DNA of 64,000 nucleotides from Macrostomum lignano (taxonomy: Eukaryota), in NCBI GenBank assembly GCA_002269645.1, contig NIVC01001661.1, positions 62,001 to 126,000 of the forward strand. Reading direction: 5' to 3'. Position 1 is the stretch's first letter. Every line of letters starts with the position of its first letter. The notes beneath the pieces are model-generated. The model saw only the letters and a list, made by a program, of their open reading frames with translations, did no database searches and had not been told where the DNA came from. The position numbers were made by a program, and so were the translations under genes. Shown here piece by piece: positions 45,438 to 55,249 of this stretch.

Positions 45438-45589
45438 GATGCGCAGATCCTTGCTGTACTGCAGCGCAAGGCCTACGCGTGGACCAGGTCGTGTGAACAC
45501 GAAGCACTGGTCCGACTCATCAAAAACCGGATTAATTACTTAGTAGACCAATGGCCTACGTTAGAGGAATTAATCTCTAAAGAACAGAT
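45438..45589 (-). ncRNA. U2: U2 snRNA 3' half (target site downstream of the element), with 110-nt 3' flank at 45328-45437
   Basis: Begins ATCTGTTCTT; folds as stems IIa, IIb, III and IV, with loop IV GCTGCAGTACA. Confidence 0.9.
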
Positions 45590-46001
45590 CGAAAGGCCCT
45601 GCCCGTCGGCCGAGTATCCGACGGTCGGGCAATATATTTAAGCATTTAAACGATGCGATATAAGCGGAAATATTTGGCCAAGAGCCGATGATGCTACTGA
45701 AAGTAGCTAAAAACGGGTTCGCAGGATGCGTAAAACAGTAAAACATTGGAGTAAATGCAATTAAAACAGTGGGAAAAAGTGAAGGCGCAGGAGACGGGAT
45801 GGCGGCGGGGATAAGCGCGAGAGGCGGAATCGCAGCGAAAAATGCTTACAGAGTGCGTGTACTACGAGATAGTAAAAAGTAAAATATTAAAGAAAAACAA
45901 AGTAAAACAAAAATGCAGAGTGGAAGATAAATAAAAGAGGTAAAAGTAAAGGTAACAGGGTGGGCTGAGATGAGCAGAGTTTGGCAGAGTTCGGCACAAA
46001 A

Positions 46002-49000
46002 TCAGTGGATTTGAGGTGCGCCGGTGCAGTGCTCCACCCACGTGTTGCGGCTCCAGTGGATGCAGTGCAGCGCCAGTCGTCGTTGGAGGTGCCGGATGTC
46101 GCGCTCGCGCAGGCCTGCAGCGCGCAGGATGGCGTTGTTGAAGGGCGACCAGGCGCCCAGCGAGCCGATGCAGAACGTGGCCAGGGCCGTTGGCGCCTCT
46201 GCGCTGAGCTGCTGCGTGATGCCGGCGTACTTCTGGCATACGGCTCGGTGCTTGCGTGGGAACGTGGCCGGCCCGACCTCGAACGGCGACTTGACTTCGA
46301 TCAGGAGACGGCGGCCTCTGTCTGGATCCATGATGCTGATGTCAGGTCGCAGATCAGAGCCGGGAAGGACCTCCTGGTCGGTGGTGATGGTCGCGTTTGG
46401 GCGGGCCTCGCTGATAGCGGTGGCGACGGCGTTGACGATGCCGTCGTGGCGGTCTCTCCACCTGGCCGCGTGCACCGGGCAGCTGTTGATCACGTGGCCG
46501 AGCGTCTCAACGCCGGCTCCGCAGCGGCGGCATCGCGGGTCGGATGTCGGTTCGGCCAGTCTCCGGAGTGCGTTGGTGGGCACCAGGTTGAGCCGCGCTC
46601 GGTGGATGAAGCGCCAGTCGCAGGCGCGCATGCCGGTGCTGCTGAACAGCCAGGTGTGGCTGCCGATGTGCGTGGCGGTCGTGGCGAATCGGCCTTGGGA
46701 GTGGCACCCGCGCCAGGCCGCCGTGTGCGCTGCCCTGACCGCCTGGTGAAGCCTCCGGGTGATTGCTGCCGCTCTGTCGCATCGCTGGATGTTTCCGGAC
46801 AGCGGGTCGCGCCACTCCAGGCTGGCCGTCCAGTCGTTGCTGATGGTGAAGCGCAGCCCGGTCGCATGGAGCACTTTGCGGGTGGCGTGGCGGACTTGGA
46901 ACCACCAGCTGGCCGTTTCTCCGCTGGGTGGGAGTGCTGCGCCATTGAGGAAATCGGCGACGTCGCGAGGTCGGACAGGTGCAGCGCGGAGCCGTAGGCG
47001 GCGTTGGACCAGGCCGCGCAGTTCGGCCCAGGCTAGCTCTCTGAGCGCGGCGTCTGTGCAGCAGAGTCGCCTGACGGCCTCGGTGACCTTCTGGACGGCT
47101 GCCTCCTCCTTCGCTAGGGACAGGCCAAGGCCGCGGTGGCATCTGTCGGCGTAGAGGTAGTCTGTCGAGGACTGCGTCGGAAGGTAGACGATGCGGCGGA
47201 GGATTTGACGTGCGCGCTCGTCGTAGCCCAGCTCCGCTCTCTGATGCCCTTGCAGTTTGCGCCTTGGGTTGCCGAGCTTCGTCCAGTCGGCGTCGCGCAG
47301 GCGGAGGTGGAATGGCAGGCGCGACGCAATGAAGGTTTGTAGGCGTCGAGCTTCTGCCACGGTAGCAGGTCGCTGTTCGCCACGGCCGTCAGGTCGTTGA
47401 GCGCGCGTTCCAGCAGCGCCGCCACAGATGCAGAGCGGCGTTCGCCGGCCGGCACGCCCAGGTACTCGTAGAATTCGTCCTCTGCGAGCGCCCGGATCGC
47501 GCCTGCCTGTACGCGCAGCTGGAAGTCCTCCCCGGGCCCGCCGTTGATGGTGAGGCGGCCACACTTGTCGGGGTTGATCTCAAGTCGGCCCAGGCTGCAG
47601 CGCGGTCGATCGCTGTCACCCTGCGCTGCAGGGCCTCGCCGCTGTTGGCTAAGAGCGCAGCGTCGTCGGCGTAGGCGAGGCTGAGTTGCCTGCTGTGCCC
47701 CAGGAGGTTGTAGCCGTCAGCCTGGTTTGGCGCACGCAGTAGCGGCTCCATGCAGAGGGCGAACAGCACTCCGGACAGCGGGCACCCTTGCCGGACACCG
47801 CTCTCGACGGGGATGTCGGCAGTCGCCTGATCAGGGCCGGTGTACACCGCAGTGACGTTGTCGGCGTAGATGTCCTCGATGAGGGCCTGCGTGACTGCGT
47901 CCAGGCCGCCTCGCTCGAGCTGGCCGAACAGGAGGTCATGCGGGACGCTTGTGAAGGCGTCGCGGAGGTCCACGAAGGCGGCGTCGAGGACGGCTTTGCG
48001 GCGGCGCGCGTCGTCGCGGCATGCTCTCAGGACGTAGTTGTAGTCGGCGCAGCCTTCGTACTGGAGTCCGCCCCGTTGTCCTGGGCTGATCAGGTCGGCG
48101 TCGGACGCCCACCGCGTGACCCGCTCCGCCAGGATGGCTGCCAGGATCTTGTAGCACGTGTCCAGCAGGGTGATGGGCCGCCATTTGGACAGGTCGGATT
48201 CTTGGCCGGCGATGTACCGGTCCGGCTTCTTGAACAGCAGGATGGTGCGGTAGCTCTTCCAGCTGGGCGGGACGCGGTGGAATCGGCGCAGGCAGAGGTC
48301 GAAGATTGCGGCCAGTGCTTGTCCGGACGGGTCGGCCTTGGTCAGGTCGGAGTACCGTAGGCCGTCGTTGCCGGGCGCAGAGTCCGTCCGACCCTTGAGG
48401 GCGCGCCGTACGTCCGCTGCCGTTATCGGTTCCGCTGTGCTGAGGTCTGCGGTGGTCGCCTTTGGGATGTATGCCGCATCACTGTCCCAGTCGCGGGGTC
48501 CTCTGTCGGCGTACCTCCGGCGAAAGTCGGCTTCGACGTCAGCGAGGGGGACCGCGCATTCGACTCGGGCTTCGCCTAGGGTCTCGCGCATGGCTTCGCG
48601 ACGGTTTCTCGCGTACCGTGCGGCAAGGTTGTCGTTGTGCCTTGGTCCGCCCCTCCCTCTGCGGTTGTTCTCGGGCTGTGCGGCGATGATGAAGCTGTCG
48701 CAGGCGGTGCAGAACTCTGGCCAGGCTGTTGCGTCGTCCTCTGGTAGGTTGGCGATCGCTTGGAGGCATGCTGCCGCCGCGGCTGTGGTTGGTGCTTCTG
48801 GAGCCAAAGCCGCGGGTGCTGCTGGAGCCGCGGTTGCCGCTGGAGCCGCCGCCGATGCTGCTGCCGCCGGTGCTGCTGCTGTCGCCGCTGCCGCTGCCGC
48901 CGGTGCTGCTGCCGCCGGAGCTGCTGCTGTCGCCGCTGCCGCTGCCGCCGGTGCTGCTGCCGCCGCTGCTGCTGCTGTCGCCGCTGCTGCTTCTGCCGGT

Positions 49001-49733
49001 GCTGCTGCCGCCGGTGCTGCTGCTGTCGCCGTTGCCGCTGCCGCCGGTGCTGCTGCCGCCGGTGCTGCTGCTGTCGCCGCTGCCGCTGCCGCCGGTGCTG
49101 CTGCTGTCTCCACCACTGATGCTACTGGAGCCGCGGGAACTGCTGGTGCCGCCGACGTTACCACCGGAGCTGCTGGCGCCGCTACGGCTGCCGGTGCCGC
49201 TGGTTCGACTGCTGGTGCCGTGGCGCCCCGTCTCGTGGCGCAGAGGGCCGCGTGGCGTGCCCACCTAGCAGTGGAGAAAATCGTGTGGCAGTGCCGGCAT
49301 GCGACTGCGTTCTCCAGCTTGGCGTCAGTCCTTGGTCTGCACCTGGCGGCGTGGATGTTGCGGGCGCGTGCTGTGGCGAATTGTGCGCCGCATCTGTACG
49401 TGCACCGATGCCGCGCGTCCGTTGCTGCTTTTGCCTTGGCCGCAGCCTCGTAGTTACCGGCCGCGCGTTGCCTCTCTGCGCAGGTGTTTAAGTGCCGAGA
49501 CATGCCTTTGGCTGTCAGTGTCTTACGGCAGGCCGGGCAAACCTCCCTCGGCAGCGCTGCTCCAGACTGTCGTCTGCTGCTGGTAGCCGCTGCCTCAGTC
49601 GCTTGATTCGACGCTGTTGGGGTCGATCGAGGCTGCTGCCGCTGGGCGAGGTAGCCGAGTTCTTGCAGATGCCGGCATGGGCGTAAAGGTTGCGCTCGGA
49701 CCTAAATTGACGGCCGCACTTGCATGTGTACAT
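46002..49733 (-). CDS. Retrotransposon polyprotein (~1240 aa once three apparent 1-nt deletions are repaired): 4 CCHC fingers, Ala-rich linker, RT, CCHC knuckle, restriction-like endonuclease
   Basis: Motifs PGNDG, WRPITLLD, DLRDAFTSVPH, GVRQGCPLSG, LAYADD, YEYLG, CRRCG-ETLGHVINSC, RHD..RPDI..IEVK. Frame breaks near 49620 (inferred site), 47580 and 47340. Confidence 0.85.
48770..49220 (-). repeat. Coding gct/gcc-rich repeat giving a PAAAA-type Ala-rich linker
   Basis: Tandem gctgctgccgccggt-like units within the element ORF. Confidence 0.9.
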
Positions 49734-49840
49734 ATTCCGCCACTATAGTCGAGCAGTGGATCCAAAGGCCGAGACGGCGATGTTACTGTGAAGTGGAGCA
49801 CCCGAGGCGAAGCATGACGAGCCGAACCGAGCCGAGCCGA

Positions 49841-49865
49841 ACTACAGATCTTAGCCAATAAGGCC
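49841..49865 (-). ncRNA. U2: U2 5' fragment (nt 11-39 with AAAG deleted) at the 5' junction of the full-length element
   Basis: Minus strand GGCCTTATTGGCTAAGATC-TGTAGT versus the intact 5' half at 56476-56514. Confidence 0.85.
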
Positions 49866-50320
49866 TCTCGGACGGCGTGGCGCACTTGAAACCACTAGCT
49901 GGATGTCCCGCCGCTTGATGGTAGCGTCGCGCCATTCAGGAAGTCGGCGACGTCACGGTGTCGCACGGGGGCGGCGATTGTTAAAGCAATTTGAAGCAAA
50001 AAAGAAGGCGGGAGCGCATTTCAAAAAGATTTTAGAGGAAAAAGAATATCTGGGGATAAAAACGAGAGAGTAGAAGTAAGATAAGAGCGAAAACGAAAGG
50101 ATAGAATAGAAAAGTGAGTCGAAATGATTAAAAAGGTAAAGGAGGATGAAATAAATGATAAATAGATACATAAAATGTAAAATGTATAAGATGTAGACGG
50201 GTGAAAACAGGAGCAAAAGTCAAAGGGGAAGCAAATGGCAACGAGAGAGAAGGGCGCGTGGATACCGCGGGCGACCAGGCGAAGGCACAGGGAGGTCGGC
50301 CGCGTCAGTTTTGCATCTGA
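49866..50320 (-). mobile_element. Fused Utopia-like fragments (subfamily C-like ORF piece plus B/C-like 3' UTR)
   Basis: 49866-49958 resembles ~40970-41065; 49960-50310 resembles 52930-53250 and 39880-39920. Confidence 0.75.
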
Positions 50321-50434
50321 CGTCGGTATTCTACGTTCTTCCTACCACCCAAAGGACCACCGTACATAGCTATATACATGTACAGTACTCCTTGATACTG
50401 CCATGACTCCGCCTTCGCTATTTTAGATTTCTTA

Positions 50435-50585
50435 GATGCGCAGATCCTTGCTGTACTGCAGCGCAAGGCCTACGCGTGGACCAGGTCGTGTGAACACGAA
50501 GCACTGGTCCGACTCATCAAAAACAGGATTAATTACTTAGTAGACCAATGGCCTACGTTAGAGGAATTAATCTCTAAAGAACAGA
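50435..50585 (-). ncRNA. U2: U2 snRNA 3' half with 110-nt 3' flank (50325-50434)
   Basis: Same sequence as 45438-45589 apart from a substitution next to the Sm site and the missing junction A. Confidence 0.9.
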
Positions 50586-52158
50586 GCGAAAGGCCCTGCC
50601 CGTCGGCCGAGTATCCGACGGTCGGGCAATATATTTAAGTATTAAACACAATAAGCGATATAAGCAGAAATATTTGGCCAAGAGCCTGATGATGCTACTG
50701 AGAGTAGCTAAAAACGGGTTCGCAGGATGCGTAAAACAGTAAAACAATGAAATGCAATTAAAACAGTGGGGAAAAGTGATGGCGCAGGAGATGGGATGGC
50801 GGCAGGGATGAGCGCGAGAGGCGGAATCGCAGCGAAAATAGCTTACAGAGTGCGTGTACTACGAGATAGTAAAAAGTAAAATATTACAGAAAAACAAAGT
50901 AAAACAAAAATGCAGAGTGAAAGATGAATAAAACAGGTAAAGTCGTAAAGGTAACAGAGCGGACTGAGATGAGCAGAGTTTGGCAGAGTTCGGCACAAAA
51001 TCAGTGGATTTGAGGTGCGCCGGTGCAGTGCTCCACCCACGTGTTGCGGCTCCAGTGGATGCAGTGCAGCGCTAGTCGTCGTTGGAGGTGCCGGATGTCG
51101 CGCTCGCGCAGGCCTGCAGCGCGCAGGATGGCGTTGTTGAAGGGCGACCAGGCGCCCAGCGAGCCGATGCAGAAAGTCGCCAGGGCCGTTGGCGCCTCTG
51201 CGCTGAGCTGCTGCGTGATGCCGGCGTACTTCTGGCATACGGCTCGGTGCTTGCGTGGGAACGTGGCCGGCCCGACCTCGAACGGCGACTTGACTTCGAT
51301 CAGGAGACGGCGGCCTCTGTCTGGATCCATGATGCTGATGTCAGGTCGCAGATCAGAGCCGGGAAGGACCTCCTGGTCGGTGGTGATGGTCGCGTTTGGG
51401 CGGGCCTCGCTGATGGCGGTGGCGACGGCGTTGACGATGCCGTCGTGGCGGTCCCTCCACCTGGCCGCGTGCACCGGGCAGCTGTTGATCACGTGGCCGA
51501 GCGTCTCGACGCCGGCTCCGCAGCGGCGGCATCGCGGGTCGGATGTCGGGTCGGCCAGTCTCCGGAGCGCGTTGGTGGGCACCAGGTTGAGCCGCGCTCG
51601 GTGGATGAAGCGCCAGTCGTGGCGAATCGGCCTTGGGAGTGGCACCCGCGCCAGGCCGCCGTGTGCGCTGCCCTGACCACCTGGTGAAGCCTCCGGGTGA
51701 TTGCTGCCGCTCTGTCACAGCGCTGGATAGTTCTGGACAGCGGGTCGCGCCACTCCAGGCTGGCCGTCCAGTCGTTGCTGATGGTGAAGCGCAGCCCGGT
51801 CGCGTGGAGCACCTCGCGGGTGGCGTGGCGGACTTGGAACCACCAGCTGGCCGTTTCTCCGCTGGGTGGCAGTGCTGCGCCATTGAGGAAGTCGGCGACG
51901 TCGCGAGGTCAAACAGGTGCAGCCCGGAGCCGTAGGCGGCGTTGGACCAGGCCGCGCAGTTCGGCCCAGGCTAGCTCTCTGAGCGCGGCGTCGGTGCAGC
52001 AGAGTCGCCTGATGGCCTCGGTGACCTTCTGGACGGCTGCCTCCTCCTTCGCTAGGGACAGGCCAAGGCCGCCGTGGCATCTGTCGGCGTAGAGGTAGTC
52101 TGTCGAGGACTGCGTCGGAAGGTAGACGATGCGGCGGAGGATTTGACGTGCGCGCTCG
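50586..52158 (-). mobile_element. Utopia-like subfamily A, 5'-truncated, with a ~61-bp internal deletion near 51618
   Basis: Complete 3' UTR and RLE; the deletion is bounded by repeated cagtcg. Confidence 0.92.
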
Positions 52159-52614
52159 AAGTAGCTAAAAACGGGTTCGCAGGATGCGTAAAACAGTAAA
52201 ACATTGGAGTAAATGCAATTAAAACAGTGAGAAAAAGTGAAGGCGCAGGAGACGGGATGGCGGCGGGGATGAGCGCGAGAGGCGGAATCACAGCGAAAAA
52301 TGCTTACAGAGTGCATGAACTTCGAGACAGTAAAAAAGTAAAATATTAAAGAAAAACAAAGTAAAACAAAAATGCAGAGTGGAAGATAAATAAAACAGGT
52401 AAAAGTAAAGGTAACAGGGTGGGCCAGAGTTTGGCAAATGACAAATGCTCATGGCAAATGAGCAGAGTTTGGCAGAGTTCGGCACAAAATCAGTGGATTT
52501 GAGGTGCGCCGGTGCAGTGCTCCACCCACGTGTTGCGGCTCCAGTGGATGCAGTGCAGCGCCAGTCGTCGTTGGAGGTGCCGGATGTCGCGCTCGCGCAG
52601 GCCTGCAGCGCGCA
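52159..52614 (-). mobile_element. Short subfamily A fragment (ORF end plus partial 3' UTR)
   Basis: Matches ~45680-46110; carries a small extra insertion near 52430-52460. Confidence 0.85.
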
Positions 52615-52661
52615 CTCCTTGATACTGCCATGACTCCGCCTTCGCTATTTTAGATTTCTTA

Positions 52662-52812
52662 GATGCGCAGATCCTTGCTGTACTGCAGCGCAAGGCCTAC
52701 GCGTGGATCAGGTCGTGTGAACACGAAGCACTGGTCCGACTCATCAAAAACCGGATTAATTACTTAGTAGACCAATGGCCTACGTTAGAGGAATTAATCT
52801 CTAAAGAACAGA
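52662..52812 (-). ncRNA. U2: U2 snRNA 3' half with 48-nt flank
   Basis: Matches the other copies; one mismatch in stem III. Confidence 0.9.
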
Positions 52813-54140
52813 GCGAAAGGCCCTGCCCCTCGGACGAGCTACCGAGAGTGGGGGCAATATATTTAAGTATTAAAGGAAATTAGTAGGCGAGGACAGATGA
52901 TTGTAAAGGCGACGGCGAGCGAGGGCTCATGCAAAAGAAATAGAGCGGCGAAAGTTAAAGCAAATTGAGCAGAATAAAGCGTTTCAAAAGACTTTTAGAA
53001 GACAACGGGAAGCGGGATAAAAAGGGGAGTGGCAGTAAAAGCAGACGAAAACAAAAGGATGAAATAAAAAAGAAATAAAATAAAATAGACCAAAATGGAT
53101 AAAAAAAGGATGGGTGAGAGAGTATTAAATGCAAAATAGATAAATGAGATATAAAGGTGGTGAAAACAGGCGCGGACGTCCCAAAAGGAGCAACGGGCAA
53201 TAATTGGGGTCAGAAAGCGCGGAGACCCAAAACGGTCAGGCGAAGGCACAGGCACAGGTGCATCAGAAAGTTTGCGGGGCGCCCGTGCAGTGCTCCACCC
53301 ACGAATTGCGGCTCCAGTGGATGCAGTGGAGCGCAAGCTGGCGCTGGAGGCTGCGAATGACGCGCTCGGCGAGCCCGGCCGCACGCAGGATGGTGTTGTT
53401 GTGCGGCGACCAGGAGCCAAGCGCTCCGACACAAAGAGTCGCCAGGGCCGTAGGTGCGTCCTCCTTCAGCCGCTGGGTCAGGCCAGCGTATTTCTCGCAG
53501 ACGGCCCGGTGCTTACGCGAATAGGTAGTCGGGCCGGCCTCCATCGGTGTCTTGACTTCGATCAGCAGGCGCCGTCCTCGAGCCGGGTCCTCGACGCTGA
53601 TGTCGGGACGGAGGCCAGAACCAGGCAGCACCTCCTGATCGTTGAGCACCGTCGCAGTCGGACAGGCCTTCTGGATGGCACCGGCGATCGCGCTGACGAC
53701 GCCGTCGTGGCGGTCTCTCCATCGTCCCGCATGCACAGGGCAGGCGCTAAGGACATGACCGAGGGTCTCCGCCTCAGCGCCGCATCGCCTGCAGCGGGCG
53801 TCGGCTGTCGGGTCAGCGAGCCGCCGCGTCGCATTCGTTGGAATGAGGTTGAGGCGGGCGCGATGTACGAAGCGCCAGTCACACACGCGCATCCCGGTGC
53901 TGTTGAACAGCCAGGTGTGCCCGCCGATGTGTGTCGCCGTCGTCGCGAAGCGGCCCTGGGAGCGGCATTGCCGCCACGCCGATGTGTGCGCCGATCTGAC
54001 GACCTCGTGCAGCTTGCGCGTGGCCGCGCTGATCCGTTGGAGCTGCTCGACCGCCCCAGACAGCGGGTGCCGCCACTCCAGACGCACAGTCCAGTCCTGC
54101 TCAATGCGGAACTTCAGGTCGAGCGGTTGCAGCACTTCTC
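52813..54140 (-). mobile_element. Utopia-like subfamily B, 5'-truncated
   Basis: Distinct 3' UTR; ORF CRRCGAEAETLGHVLSAC..LRPDISVEDP..IEVKTP..HCTGAPQTF*; same U2 junction as subfamily A. Confidence 0.92.
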
Positions 54141-54160
54141 GAGCGGTCGAGCGGTTGCAG

Positions 54161-55249
54161 CGCCACTCCAGGCTGGCCGTCCAGTCGTTGCTGATGGTGA
54201 AGCGCAGCCCGGTCGCGTGGAGCACCTCGCGGGTGGCGTGGCGGACTTGGAACCACCAGCTGGCCGTTTCTCCGCTGGGTGGCAGTGCTGCGCCATTGAG
54301 GAAGTCGGCGACGTCGCGAGGTCAAACAGGTGCAGCCCGGAGCCGTAGGCGGCGTTGGACCAGGCCGCGCAGTTCGGCCCAGGCTAGCTCTCTGAGCGCG
54401 GCGTCGGTGCAGCAGAGTCGCCTGATGGCCTCGGTGACCTTCTGGACGGCTGCCTCCTCCTTCGCTAGGGACAGGCCAAGGCCGCCGTGGCATCTGTCGG
54501 CGTAGAGGTAGTCTGTCGAGGACTGCGTCGGAAGGTAGACGATGCGGCGGAGGATTTGACGTGCGCGCTCGAAGTAGCTAAAAACGGGTTCGCAGGATGC
54601 GTAAAACAGTAAAACATTGGAGTAAGCAATTAAAACAGTGAGAAAAAGTGAAGGCGCAGGAGACGGGATGGCGGCGGGGATGAGCGCGAGAGGCGGAATC
54701 ACAGCGAAAAATGCTTACAGAGTGCATGAACTTCGAGACAGTAAAAAAGTAAAATATTAAAGAAAAACAAAGTAAAACAAAAATGCAGAGTGGAAGATAA
54801 ATAAAACAGGTAAAAGTAAAGGTAACAGGGTGGGCCAGAGTTTGGCAAATGACAAATGCTCATGGCAAATGAGCAGAGTTTGGCAGAGTTCGGCACAAAA
54901 TCAGTGGATTTGAGGTGCGCCGGTGCAGTGCTCCACCCACGTGTTGCGGCTCCAGTGGATGCAGTGCAGCGCCAGTCGTCGTTGGAGGTGCCGGATGTCG
55001 CGCTCGCGCAGGCCTGCAGCGCGCACTCCTTGATACTGCCATGACTCCGCCTTCGCTATTTTAGATTTCTTAGATGCGCAGATCCTTGCTGTACTGCAGC
55101 GCAAGGCCTACGCGTGGATCAGGTCGTGTGAACACGAAGCACTGGTCCGACTCATCAAAAACCGGATTAATTACTTAGTAGACCAATGGCCTACGTTAGA
55201 GGAATTAATCTCTAAAGAACAGAGCGAAAGGCCCTGCCCCTCGGACGAG
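54161..55249. repeat. Near-identical duplicate of 51748-52838
   Basis: Same chimeric junctions and same private insertion; offset 2413 bp, then 2411 bp after a 2-nt indel. Confidence 0.92.
55073..55223 (-). ncRNA. U2: U2 snRNA 3' half (inside the duplicated block)
   Basis: Matches 52662-52812. Confidence 0.9.

Larger units (their letters stand above)
45590..49840 (-). mobile_element. Near-full-length Utopia-like non-LTR retrotransposon (subfamily A), ~4.25 kb, inserted in U2
   Basis: Bounded by the U2 3' half and a U2 5' fragment; 5' UTR, zinc fingers, RT, zinc knuckle, RLE and 3' UTR; no poly(A) tail. Confidence 0.93.

Noticed and set aside
45670-45692. Weak U2 stem I-like sequence (tcggctcttggccaaatat) in the subfamily A 3' UTR
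   Set aside because: The match is short and gapped, and is not evident in the subfamily B UTR.
50685-50715. ctgatga-stem-aaaa, resembling a hammerhead ribozyme core
   Set aside because: It is on the strand opposite the element, lacks GAAA, has no stems I/III, and other copies read ccgatga.
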